From contig CAZSKP010000009.1 in NCBI GenBank assembly GCA_964607485.1, positions 32,001 through 96,000 on the forward strand: a DNA stretch of 64,000 nt, in the 5' to 3' direction. The stretch is from an uncultured bacterium. Its GTDB lineage: Bacteria; Abyssobacteria; SURF-5. Below are positions 47,375-57,039 of the stretch, piece after piece. The notes under the pieces are model-generated. The model saw nothing but the letters and a program-made list of their open reading frames with translations. It did no database searches and had not been told where the DNA came from. Position 1 is the first letter of the stretch. Every line of letters begins with the position of its first letter. The position numbers and the translations under genes are program-made.

Positions 47375-49548
47375 CAATCAGCCGTTCCTCTCTCCTGCTT
47401 GACTTCAAGCATTTCCTCTCCCGGCCGATACTCGCGTTCGAGGTTGGCGAGGATGTCGGCCTCATCAAACCAGACGGGCTTCATTTGGCACCGGGCAAAG
47501 AGCGGCGCCTGGTCGGCATAATGAGGAGAATGCTCGTCGAGGGTCGCGCTGCCGTATTGATGGATGCTGCGCGAGCTCACGCCTTTTTCGTCCCACGTCA
47601 CCATGAGCACGTAGCAGTCGCCCGAGATTGCCGTAGTGCGCCCGTTCACCAGCTCACCTCCATCGATGGCGCGGAGAACATCGGGGCCGCCGCCGAGGCC
47701 CACGTCGAGCCCGCCCCGGCGCAGACGGTTGACCTCGCTCCACGGGACGTCGATGCGTCCGTACGCTTTCTTCAGGTTGTGCGCCACTTCGGAGAATCGC
47801 GTCATCAAGTCCGGCGGCACCATATTCTCGACCTCTGGGAAGTAATACGGCAGCACGGTAAGCGCTCCGATGGCCGCGCCGGTATTCTCGGGATTGGTTC
47901 GCATGTCCCAACGCCGCAGAACCTCAACGGCCTCTCTCACCACAGGGTCGGTCGAAGGAGGCGCGGCGAGTATTGCTTTCACATATTGCGCCACCCACGA
48001 TTTCTCTGAGTACGCCATATCATACTTGTATGCGTAAAAATCCTCCTCTGTGATGGAATCATCGGCCCCGAACAGCTCAAGGGCACGCAGGGCGCGGTTG
48101 GTCATTCGGCTCTCAATCCCGAGCGTAGGCGAATAATCCTCCGGTTTCGGGTTGTCGGGCCCAACCGTCGCGTGGAACGGCGAGCTGTTGCAGCTTATCA
48201 CGAAGCCGGACGCGGGATTTTTCACCTGCGGCAGGCGTTCGAGCGGCACATACTCTGTCCACAACGTCTCCGAAGTATTGCCGGGAAGATAGTCTTTCCA
48301 GTTGTATCCCTCTGCACGCACGGGAATGAGACCGTTATAAAGATAATAGATGTTTCCCTCGCGGTCGGCATAGACCAGATTGAACATCTGGATTGCCATG
48401 ATGCGCATCGCATCAAGCCACTCGTCGAACGTGCTCGCCTTGTTCATGCGATACCACTGCTCTATCTGGCGGAGCTCCCCCATGCCCGCGAACCGAATCG
48501 CGTACGTGCCGTGTGGCTGCCTGAGCACCGGTCCGTAAACTGACCAAAGGACCTCGCGCTTGAAGGTCCAGCTAATCGGGCCGAGCAGCTTCACCTCGAT
48601 GGGAGCGGTCCGGACTTCGAGGTCGCGCCATTCGCCGTCGAATCGGTACTGATATGGGTTGTCCGGATTCATCTCGAGCACATAAACGTCAATAAGGTCG
48701 GGCCGGTTGACCGTCATGGCCCAGCCAAGGTCTCGGTTGTGTCCGTGAAATATGACCGGGCTGCCAGGGAACACGCCTCCCGTCATGTCCCATCCTTGTT
48801 CGCTGTGGAGGTGAACCTCATACCATGCGACAGGGCCGTCCCACGGCTGATGAGAGTTGACGGCCAGGCGCGTCTTGCCGTCGGCCGAACGGGCCGGGGC
48901 CACGGCGAAGGCGTTCGAGCCCGGCACGAATTCCGAGAGCGGAATCCAAGCGCCTGCTCGCGAAGCCGCCTTGCGCGAGACTTGTCGCTTGCGTTCCGGC
49001 CCGGTTATTTCCTTAAGCGTCTCATCAATACCGAAGAAGAGCGGCACTTTATGAACGAATCCCGCAACAATGTCCTTTCCTCGAATCGGAAGCACGCCCG
49101 GCCTGGCCGCTCCCGGGTGTAGCTCAGCGTATCGGTTCGCACCCGCGGCGTACGCTTCGCAAATCGCGCGCACTTCAGGGCTGAGGTCCGTTTCATATTT
49201 CTCGTTCACCACGTCCCATATACGGAGGAGATGAACCATATAATCGTTGGCGGCGGCCTTGCGCCCATAAACGGAGGCCAGCCGGCCGCGCGCGGCTAAG
49301 AGCGAGTCCTGCATTGTGTCGAAGTCGTCCTCGGCATGGGCATAGGCCAGCCCGTAGGCGACATCGGCATCCGTCTTGCCGAAGATGTGCGGCACTCCCC
49401 ACGTATCTCTCAGGATGCGGACATCATACTCACGTGGAGCGCTTGAGCGGCCGGGTTTGTCGAATGCCCCTCCTTCGTGAGAAACGAAAGACAGTGCGCC
49501 GAGTAGAAACAGAATGGTGCCTGCAAAGATCGCTTTCCGCATAATCAT
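47374..49548 (-). CDS. Penicillin/cephalosporin/AHL acylase family Ntn-hydrolase (S45)
   Basis: Signal peptide, RDTWGVPHI, YAHAED, G-SNAFAV autocleavage site, NSHQPW, SPHYADQ. Confidence 0.9.
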   Translation of the reverse strand: MIMRKAIFAGTILFLLGALSFVSHEGGAFDKPGRSSAPREYDVRILRDTWGVPHIFGKTDADVAYGLAYAHAEDDFDTMQDSLLAARGRLASVYGRKAAANDYMVHLLRIWDVVNEKYETDLSPEVRAICEAYAAGANRYAELHPGAARPGVLPIRGKDIVAGFVHKVPLFFGIDETLKEITGPERKRQVSRKAASRAGAWIPLSEFVPGSNAFAVAPARSADGKTRLAVNSHQPWDGPVAWYEVHLHSEQGWDMTGGVFPGSPVIFHGHNRDLGWAMTVNRPDLIDVYVLEMNPDNPYQYRFDGEWRDLEVRTAPIEVKLLGPISWTFKREVLWSVYGPVLRQPHGTYAIRFAGMGELRQIEQWYRMNKASTFDEWLDAMRIMAIQMFNLVYADREGNIYYLYNGLIPVRAEGYNWKDYLPGNTSETLWTEYVPLERLPQVKNPASGFVISCNSSPFHATVGPDNPKPEDYSPTLGIESRMTNRALRALELFGADDSITEEDFYAYKYDMAYSEKSWVAQYVKAILAAPPSTDPVVREAVEVLRRWDMRTNPENTGAAIGALTVLPYYFPEVENMVPPDLMTRFSEVAHNLKKAYGRIDVPWSEVNRLRRGGLDVGLGGGPDVLRAIDGGELVNGRTTAISGDCYVLMVTWDEKGVSSRSIHQYGSATLDEHSPHYADQAPLFARCQMKPVWFDEADILANLEREYRPGEEMLEVKQERGTAD

Positions 49549-49593
49549 CTCCTAACCAGGCCAGACTCTCCTGTCCGACCGCCCGATTCTGTT

Positions 49594-51270
49594 TCAATGT
49601 ATTACAGCACCCTCTGCGGCGGAACTCGCGACTTCCGCATATCGGGCCAGATATCCCTTGCTTACCCTCGCAGGCGGGCGCTTCCATTGCTTCGCTCTCT
49701 TTTCGAGCTCTCCGGCGGTGAGATTTACATCGAGCCGCCGAGCATCGATGTCTATCGAGATGATGTCGGAGTCTTTGACGAGCGCGAGCGGGCCGCCGTC
49801 GGCCGCTTCGGGAGAGAGATAGCCGATGCACGGGCCGCCCGTGTAGCCGGAATACCTGCCGTCGGTGATGAGATAGACCTTGTCGAGCAGCCCGACAAAT
49901 TTCAGGAGAGACCGGAACATCTGCATTTCACGCATGCCGGGGCCGCCCTTTGGGCCTTCGTATCGGATTATGATAACATCGCCCGCCTTGAGCTGTTGAG
50001 ACATGAGCGCCTGCGTGGCGTCTTCCTCGCAGTCGAACACGCGCGCCGGACCCTTGAATTTCCATAGCTTCTCCGGGACTGCGACCTGCTTGATGACCGC
50101 GCCACGCGGCGCCAGACTTCCCTTCAAGACGGCGACGCCTCCGTATGGGTGTACGGGCGATTCTACAGTCTTGATGACGTCGTCATTGAAGACCTCGGTC
50201 GAACGGAGGTTGTCGCGCACGCTGCGGCCGGTGACGGTGAGGGCGTCCAGCTCGATCTTGCTCTCGAGGCGCTTCATTACAGCCGGTATGCCGCCTGCCT
50301 CTTCCAAGTCAGTGAGCGTGTGCGGGCCCGAGGGCTCGATGTTGCACAGATGCGGCGTCGAGCGCGAAATCGCATCGAATGCGTCCAATTCGATTCGCAT
50401 GCCCAGCTCATGCGCAATTGCGGGTATGTGGAGCACCGTGTTCAGAGAGCCGCCGATTGCCATGTTGATACTGAGCATGTTGTCAAATGCCGACTTGGTC
50501 ATTATCTTCGACGGCGTGAGCCCTTCCTTGAGCAGACCCATGACCCGCTTGCCCGCTTCGACCGCAAGCCGTTCCTTCTTCGCGGTAGTGGCGTGGGCGG
50601 TGCCGTCGCCCGGGAGCGACATGCCGACTGCCTCAGTCAGGCACGCCATGGTGTTTGCGGTTCCCATTCCATAGCACGCGCCGGCGCATGGATAGATGCA
50701 GGCCGTCAGTTCTTCGAGTTGATCCTCTGAGAGCTCTCCTCGGTTCAGACGCTCCGCGACGATATCCATCGCGTCCTCGCCCCAGCGGAGCTTGAGCCGC
50801 GGCCAGTAGCCGGGGAACATCGGCCCGCCCGCCACTACGATGGCCGGTATGTCCACTCTCGCCGCGGCCATCAGGAGGCCGGGGATTATCTTGTCGCATG
50901 ACCCGATAAGCACCATCGCGTCGTAGCGATGCGCTTCCACTGTGAGTTCCACCGAATCGGCGATCACCTCGCGGCTGGGCAATACGTAGCGCATGCCGGA
51001 GTGGCCGATTGTCAGGCCGTCACAGAGGCTGATTGTGTTGAATTCGGCCGGCATGCCGCCATGCATGAGGATGCCTTCCTTCACCTTGGCCGCGATCCTG
51101 TTGAGATGAAAGTGGCCCGGGTGAAGCTCATTCCATGTGTTTACGACGGCGACAAGCGGCTTCTCGACCTGCTCGCGTGTGAATCCGACGGCATAGAGCA
51201 GCGCCCTGTGGCCGCGGGCAGTCGGGTCAGAGCCAATATACGTCTGGCTGCGTTGTTTTCCGGTGCTCAT
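49594..51270 (-). CDS. ilvD: IlvD/Edd family dehydratase
   Basis: CDG, SREVIAD, CDKIIPG, GAC.GMGTANTM, GPKGGPGMREM, TDGRYSG; substrate could be a sugar acid. Confidence 0.85.
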   Translation of the reverse strand: MSTGKQRSQTYIGSDPTARGHRALLYAVGFTREQVEKPLVAVVNTWNELHPGHFHLNRIAAKVKEGILMHGGMPAEFNTISLCDGLTIGHSGMRYVLPSREVIADSVELTVEAHRYDAMVLIGSCDKIIPGLLMAAARVDIPAIVVAGGPMFPGYWPRLKLRWGEDAMDIVAERLNRGELSEDQLEELTACIYPCAGACYGMGTANTMACLTEAVGMSLPGDGTAHATTAKKERLAVEAGKRVMGLLKEGLTPSKIMTKSAFDNMLSINMAIGGSLNTVLHIPAIAHELGMRIELDAFDAISRSTPHLCNIEPSGPHTLTDLEEAGGIPAVMKRLESKIELDALTVTGRSVRDNLRSTEVFNDDVIKTVESPVHPYGGVAVLKGSLAPRGAVIKQVAVPEKLWKFKGPARVFDCEEDATQALMSQQLKAGDVIIIRYEGPKGGPGMREMQMFRSLLKFVGLLDKVYLITDGRYSGYTGGPCIGYLSPEAADGGPLALVKDSDIISIDIDARRLDVNLTAGELEKRAKQWKRPPARVSKGYLARYAEVASSAAEGAVIH

Positions 51271-51399
51271 GACTTCATTCCTTTCCAGCTTTTCGAGCTC
51301 ATGCATCGCCGATCAGAATCTCCTGTTTTTCATAGACTATACGTCATCCCATGCGCAACTGGCAAACAGCTGTTGGCACAATGCCGATTTCAAGCCCGT

Positions 51400-51429
51400 T
51401 TGACTCCCTCTCGCGGGGAATGATAGAAT
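51400..51429 (+). promoter_or_regulatory. Sigma70-type promoter
   Basis: TTGACT-18nt-TAGAAT with TG extended -10. Confidence 0.5.
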
Positions 51430-51518
51430 GCGACGCCTGTTTCGGAGAACGGTCAATCCTCTGCAAGGTCCGCGGTCGTTCTGATAACCGCTCTGCTTCC
51501 GGGAGTACACGCCACGCC

Positions 51519-52826
51519 ATGACAGAAAGCAAATCCGCACCGTCCTCTTCGGTTGCGCCTCCGTCGGCACTGATGGCCCACACGACGCTGGGCATCCTCT
51601 TCATGATGAACCTCCTGAACTACATCGACCGGAGTGTTCTCAACGGGATGCTGCCGCTCATCAAGGACGAATGGGGCCTCTCCGACCGGTCGCTGGGGCT
51701 CCTCGTTTCGGCTTTTGCGGTCACCTACATGTTCGCCTCCCCGGTGTTCGGATGGATCGGCGACCGCTACGTGCGCAAGTGGATCGCCGGAGGGGCGGTG
51801 GCCGTCTGGAGCGTTGTGACGGCGGGCGCCGCGCTGTCACGCAGCTTCGCCCAACTGTTCGGGCTACGGCTGATCCTCGGCGTCGGCGAGGCTGGCTATG
51901 CCACCGTCGCGCCGACAATAATCACCGACCTCTACCCGCGCGAGAGCCGGTCGAGGATGCTCGCCTTCTTCTACGTCGCGATCCCCGTCGGCTACGCGCT
52001 CGGCTATATCCTCGGAGGAGAACTCGGCGTCAGATTCGGGTGGCGCGCAGCGTTTCTGATTGTCGGGCTCCCCGGGCTCCTCATGGCGCTCTCTATCCTG
52101 TTCGTCCGTGAGCCGGTCCGGGGCCAGAGCGAGGAGGTCGATGCCGAGCAACTATCGCAGTATCTGAACACGTCGCTCCCGCCATCGGCGTACCTTGAGC
52201 TTCTGCGCAACAAGTCGTACGTCTACGACACGATTGGGATGATACTGATGACGTTCGCGACGGGCGGGCTCGCCGCGTGGATGCCGACCTACTTCTACCG
52301 CATCAGAGGAATCGAACTCGAAAAAGCGGCCACGTACTTCGGCGCCGCGACGCTGGCCGCGGGCATTGTGGGCACGTTCTTCGGCGGCTGGCTCGCCGAC
52401 CGGCTCCAGCGCCGCTACAAGAGCGCGTACTTTATGGTGTCGGGCGTGGGCATGGTGCTGAGCGTCCCGTGCGCCTTCGTCGCCCTTTACGCAAAGACGC
52501 CGCTCGTCTACTGGATCGCGGTATTCTGGGCGGAGTTCTTCCTTTTCGTCAACACGGGGCCCGCGAACGCGATACTCATCAACGTCGTGATGCCGAAGAT
52601 GCGCGTCACGGCGTTCGCCATCAACATCTTTCTGATCCACGCGCTGGGCGATGTGCTGTCGCCGGGCATCGTGGGCTGGGTGTCGGACGCTACGAACCTG
52701 AACTTCGCGCTCATCTCGGTCCTTCCGGTCACGATGGTGCTGAGCGGGGTCTTCTATCTTGCGGGAATGCGCCACCTGGAGCCGGACACGCAACGGGTAA
52801 CGGAGAGAATCAAGGCGGCGCATTGA
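51519..52826 (+). CDS. Spinster-family MFS transporter
   Basis: NLLNYIDR, GDRY.RK, GVGEA.Y...APTII.D.YP, IHALGD..SP. Confidence 0.9.
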   Translation: MTESKSAPSSSVAPPSALMAHTTLGILFMMNLLNYIDRSVLNGMLPLIKDEWGLSDRSLGLLVSAFAVTYMFASPVFGWIGDRYVRKWIAGGAVAVWSVVTAGAALSRSFAQLFGLRLILGVGEAGYATVAPTIITDLYPRESRSRMLAFFYVAIPVGYALGYILGGELGVRFGWRAAFLIVGLPGLLMALSILFVREPVRGQSEEVDAEQLSQYLNTSLPPSAYLELLRNKSYVYDTIGMILMTFATGGLAAWMPTYFYRIRGIELEKAATYFGAATLAAGIVGTFFGGWLADRLQRRYKSAYFMVSGVGMVLSVPCAFVALYAKTPLVYWIAVFWAEFFLFVNTGPANAILINVVMPKMRVTAFAINIFLIHALGDVLSPGIVGWVSDATNLNFALISVLPVTMVLSGVFYLAGMRHLEPDTQRVTERIKAAH

Positions 52827-52883
52827 TTTCGGCTCTGCGTGGCGTATAATAGTGAAGATGGTTCCCGCGACCTACGCGGCTGC

Positions 52884-53106
52884 GACGCACGCGTGCTCGA
52901 GAGTGAGTCATTCCGACGCCGATCACATACACGTCTCTCATCGTATTCCCTCTCTCTCCGAACCTTCCTCTTCCTGGCCGTAGAGGGCTCACACCGCAGC
53001 TGGGACACTTCCGCCACTATGCTAGTACATTTAGCGGCTGAAATCAAGAATGGAAGACGAAAACTCGATCTGCAAACAACGATATTTGAACGGTCGGGTG
53101 GGTGGA
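52884..53106 (-). pseudogene. Direct repeat copy 2: thiolase 5' remnant with promoter region
   Basis: ATG 52941 MRDVYVIGVGMT identical to the thiolase start, then internal deletion, then TLEHACV (vs TLEHAGV). Confidence 0.8.
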
Positions 53107-53233
53107 AATTACACTCTGAAAAGGGCATAGGAGTGAAGGTTTGAGCAATATTCTCAAACTCTATCCCCTCCGCTTATGCTGCTGAATGGACATTGGCTCA
53201 TGGGAGTGTTGGTCCACAGTGCCAATAGCAGAC

Positions 53234-54364
53234 TTATTTCCCTTTTCGTTTTTCCAGCAAAGAGAGCTGGTAAATATCGCCGAATTTGTTTGCTAGCTTG
53301 AACACTTTTCCATTCAAGGGATTCCTAGAATAGAAATAAAGACCGCACGGCTCAAGGGAATCAATGAGACGCAGCTTCGTATAGTTGTCGATCAGGCTGT
53401 AGTGAACACGCTTGATATTATTTTTGATCGCATAGTCAAGCGAAGCTACAATTACGCGTTCGTAGGCAAAGCTCTTCCGGGAATGGTCACGGTTGAATCC
53501 TCCCAGGACTCCTCCCATATCCGAACCGCTGACCTGAAATGTATGGAACCCGGCAATCGTGCCATCTACACGGACGAGAATATGGAGATACTTGTTTGAG
53601 TTGAAAATGTCCGTTTCAAATATATTGTCCTCAAAGAATTTCTGGCAGGGAGTGTTGACTCTGCTGTGTTCAACTGAGCATTTAATACAGGCCTTTACCT
53701 GCTCTTTATCCGTATCCGACATCGGGCCTTGCTGAACCTCGCAAGCTGTGGATTCTTTTCTTCTGGACAGATTCTTCTTGAGACTTCGGTGTTCACCGAG
53801 ATATTCGGATATGTCTTTGTACCTTGTCGCATCAAGCAATGCTTCTGAGGGAGAGGGATACTTTACAAAGCCTTCAGTTTGATAGATATCATCATGGGCT
53901 GATGTGTCAACGATTGTAACCATATCCGCTTCTTTTTCATTCTTCAAATATCTTAGAATGGTCTTCATGATAACGTCTGCCATTTCCGGTTCCCGGTAAA
54001 AGAATGGCCTCGTAAGATTTGATGTGATTAAATTGCGAAAAGATAAATAGACGCAGTTATTGGCAAGTACTGATAGACCCCCAGCCAATTGTCTCAGAAA
54101 TGGGTTGTCTCTTAACGCTGAATAGGAAGACCGGAGATCAAATGGCTGGACCTTTACGAAAAGGCCAAGTCCTATTAACTCATCATCCCTACAAACCTTC
54201 AAATAGAAGAAGCCTACACGGGAAGTTGATCTTGCGACCCATTCACCGAAGAGATCCCAGACATTATCGGACAGTCCCTGCTGCTTGAGATGTAATGAGA
54301 ATACCTGCTTCTCTTGTTCTGTCAGTGCCGTCTCTTTTGTGCAGTATTCATTATTCATAGTCAT
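53234..54364 (-). CDS. Low-GC GNAT/FemAB-like fold protein (tentative)
   Basis: 376-aa ORF in AT-rich DNA; VDGTIAGF...LGGFNRD...YERVIVASLDYAIKNNIKRV resembles a GNAT C-terminus. Confidence 0.55.
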   Translation of the reverse strand: MTMNNEYCTKETALTEQEKQVFSLHLKQQGLSDNVWDLFGEWVARSTSRVGFFYLKVCRDDELIGLGLFVKVQPFDLRSSYSALRDNPFLRQLAGGLSVLANNCVYLSFRNLITSNLTRPFFYREPEMADVIMKTILRYLKNEKEADMVTIVDTSAHDDIYQTEGFVKYPSPSEALLDATRYKDISEYLGEHRSLKKNLSRRKESTACEVQQGPMSDTDKEQVKACIKCSVEHSRVNTPCQKFFEDNIFETDIFNSNKYLHILVRVDGTIAGFHTFQVSGSDMGGVLGGFNRDHSRKSFAYERVIVASLDYAIKNNIKRVHYSLIDNYTKLRLIDSLEPCGLYFYSRNPLNGKVFKLANKFGDIYQLSLLEKRKGK

Positions 54365-54624
54365 GCATCGCTCAAAAGGTAAAGCAGTGCAATTGGTGGA
54401 AGGCGTCTCGGCGCGTGCGAATGGTGCTTGCGGAGAAGTATATCAAAAGCCGGCGGTTTTTTCATGAAAATGAGTTAAGAGTGGAAAACGAGAACCCGAG
54501 CTGCAAACGGCGATATGTGAGCGATCGGATGGGTGATGCCTTCACTCTAGAATACGAGAGGTCGGAACAGAATGAAGCTTCGGACGCCGAGCTGGTGTCT
54601 CCCTGGTGGGAGGCATAAAGAAAT

Positions 54625-55149
54625 TCAGAGAAGATACTCCATCACGAGGACATCGACGAACTCGTCTCTTATCCTGGCATGGCTCTTGAGGACGCCCATA
54701 TCCTCATACCCCATTTTTTTGTAAAATTCCAGCTTCTCTCTGTTAAAGGAGTAGGCGAAGAACATGAGCTTCCGGTAGCCTTTTTTCCTGGCGACCGTAT
54801 GCACTCTTCTGGCGAGCTTGTTTCCGATGCCTCGCCCACGAAAATCCTTCTCGACCCAGATGGAGGGCACACCTATGTGTGAATATACCTCCTCCGGTGA
54901 ATAAGGCTGCAAGGTGGTGAAGCCTATGACATACCCTCCAGAATCGGCCACAAGCACAGCTTCTCGATCGCTCAAGTTCCTGAACCAGGCAAGGCGCTCC
55001 CTGAGCGGGTGGGGAGTAATGTCCAGGACGGACTCGCGGTCAATGATGCCCTGGTTATGGATTTCGTTGATCTTTTGGACGTCCTGCATAACCGCTTCGC
55101 GAATGCGCAGTTTTTCGGGGCCATGTCTCACACGTTTCGATTGTGCCAT
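54625..55149 (-). CDS. GNAT N-acetyltransferase, phosphinothricin/arsinothricin acetyltransferase-like
   Basis: INEIHNQGIIDR, SIWVEKDFRGRGIG, FYKKMGY, VDVLVME. Confidence 0.8.
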   Translation of the reverse strand: MAQSKRVRHGPEKLRIREAVMQDVQKINEIHNQGIIDRESVLDITPHPLRERLAWFRNLSDREAVLVADSGGYVIGFTTLQPYSPEEVYSHIGVPSIWVEKDFRGRGIGNKLARRVHTVARKKGYRKLMFFAYSFNREKLEFYKKMGYEDMGVLKSHARIRDEFVDVLVMEYLL

Positions 55150-55205
55150 GTTCGCATCTCCTTAGAAGGATTTCTCCTCGACGATGGCTGGTAGCATGTT
55201 GCCCC

Positions 55206-55937
55206 TTAGACGCCTGCCGCCAACCTCTCGACCAAATAAGTATTGAGGCCGGCTCTCTTCACCTTCCTTGCAGTCTTGGACACGTCATATTCCAATCTAA
55301 AGAACTCGACAGTCATTTCACCGGAGTCGAAGATCCCGAAGCATGTCCGCGGGTCGCCGTCGCGAGGCTGGCCGAGCGCTCCGAAATTGATGAGATAACT
55401 GTTTTTCCTGTTAAGCGTGTGCTTCTCATAGTTCTGCAGATCGTGGTCTGAGCCTTGACGGACAAACAACGAGGGAAGATGGCTGTGTCCAAAGAAGCAA
55501 ATTTTGGCTGACATCCTGTCCATGATGGCAAATTGGCGCATCGAGTCCATCCAGTCAACTATGTAGTTATCGCGGTTCTCGGGCGAGCCATGCGCAAGCA
55601 AAATCGTCTTGTCCAATATCATTGTTCCCGGCAGGCTTCTCAGGTACTCGACATGTTTTGGCTCCAGCTTCTTTCTCGTCCAAAGCAATGCTTCCTTAGC
55701 TGCGGAGTTGAACCAATGGAGTCGCTCCAAGCCGCAGGCTGCGGCGTCGTGATTGCCCATTATCGACGCTATGTTCTCGCTCATGAATATCTCAACACAT
55801 TCGTTGGGATCTGCATTGTAGCCGACAATATCCCCCACGTGTACTGTGCAATCCACTCTCTGACGCTCTATTTCCTTCAGGACAATCTCAAGTGCCTCAA
55901 GATTGGAGTGGACATCGCATATGACTGCATAGCGCAC
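55206..55937 (-). CDS. Calcineurin-like metallophosphoesterase
   Basis: DVHSN, GDIVGY, GNHD, AHGSP, GHSH, GQPRDG. Confidence 0.9.
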   Translation of the reverse strand: MRYAVICDVHSNLEALEIVLKEIERQRVDCTVHVGDIVGYNADPNECVEIFMSENIASIMGNHDAAACGLERLHWFNSAAKEALLWTRKKLEPKHVEYLRSLPGTMILDKTILLAHGSPENRDNYIVDWMDSMRQFAIMDRMSAKICFFGHSHLPSLFVRQGSDHDLQNYEKHTLNRKNSYLINFGALGQPRDGDPRTCFGIFDSGEMTVEFFRLEYDVSKTARKVKRAGLNTYLVERLAAGV

Positions 55938-56320
55938 TTGTGCTTCCCCTGCTTTCCTTTCATCCGGAGAGGAACAATCAAGGAGACTGTCTCTCCTGCA
56001 ATAGGACGAAAAGCTGCCGCTTCTCCGCGCGTTCGGAGAACGACAGCTTACAATAACCTTTCCCCTTCCAAAACCTCTGCACCATCTTATCCCCTCCCAG
56101 GGCGAGGTCTCGAAGCTGAGAAAGCCACGTACTAGTCTTATATCACAACGCGCCGAACATTTCCAGCGGCAAGTGAAACTTCGGCCCGGAAAAGCGAGTC
56201 TCCCCTAGAACATGTCCGCTGTTTTTGGCATCCTTACATAAAGATATGTAGGATGCAGAAAGGGTCAATTCGAGGAATTTGAGGAGCAGCAGGTGCTTTC
56301 GACATAAGGAGGAATCGGCC

Positions 56321-56866
56321 ATGAAAGTGTTAACTTCGTTAGTGGCTATAGCTGTTGTGTTGAGCATGATTCTGACCGTACAGGCCTTCACCTCTCAGAG
56401 CGAAGCGGTGGCGTGGGGCTTGCCCCCGGGATTCAACCCGGAGACGGGGAAAATCGGGATGACGACCGAAGCGCCGGGTGTGTGCAAGGCGAGCAAGCTC
56501 GTCGGAATGACCGTGAAGAGTGCCTGGGGCGAACGGTTTGGGTCGGTCGAGGAAGTCGCGTTTGCCGACAACGGAGCAATCAAGTACCTGCTCGTGGACC
56601 GCGGAGACAAGGCCAAAAGCAATGAACGCCTCGTTCCGGTTCCCTGGAAGACCGCGGAAGCGGGAATCAGAGGAGACAGGCTTATCCTCGGCATGAGCAA
56701 GGACAGATTCGAAAAGGCTCCGAGCTTCGCGATGGGCGACCGGGAAAAGCTCGCCGACCCCGCATGGAATAAGAAAGTCCACAGCTATTACGAATCCGAA
56801 GAGATGAAAGGAGCGCGGCACGACCGTACCGAACGAGCGCAAATGTGTGCTCGGTACGAAAGGTAA
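56321..56866 (+). CDS. Exported PRC-barrel domain protein
   Basis: Signal peptide; ASKLVGMTV...GE.FG.VEEV...IKYLLV...LVPVPW; AAGGAGG SD. Confidence 0.82.
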   Translation: MKVLTSLVAIAVVLSMILTVQAFTSQSEAVAWGLPPGFNPETGKIGMTTEAPGVCKASKLVGMTVKSAWGERFGSVEEVAFADNGAIKYLLVDRGDKAKSNERLVPVPWKTAEAGIRGDRLILGMSKDRFEKAPSFAMGDREKLADPAWNKKVHSYYESEEMKGARHDRTERAQMCARYER

Positions 56867-56892
56867 CTACTGAGCCGAATCAAGACGCAACG

Positions 56893-56947
56893 GGGGCTTG
56901 GCGCCGATTTCGCTATCGAACCGGTGGTGGGAGAAGCGCCGAGCCCC
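56893..56947 (+). terminator. Stem-loop after PRC-barrel gene (possible terminator)
   Basis: GGGGCTTGGCGC...GCGCCGAGCCCC, 12-bp stem with one G-U, 31-nt loop, followed by TCTTGTTTCT. Confidence 0.4.
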
Positions 56948-57004
56948 TCTTGTTTCTGCCTCGATTGTGTTCGCGGAACCCCTGAGACGGACTGAGTTTC
57001 CGTG

Positions 57005-57033
57005 TTGCAGATTTCCCGCCAAAATGGTATGAT
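57005..57033 (+). promoter_or_regulatory. Sigma70-type promoter directly before dxr
   Basis: TTGCAG-17nt-TATGAT with TGG extension; ATG 6 nt downstream. Confidence 0.6.
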
Positions 57034-57039
57034 TAAGCG

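Noticed and set aside
54529-54618. 29-codon ORF MGDAFTLEY...PWWEA
   Set aside because: No clear SD or motif; cannot be supported.
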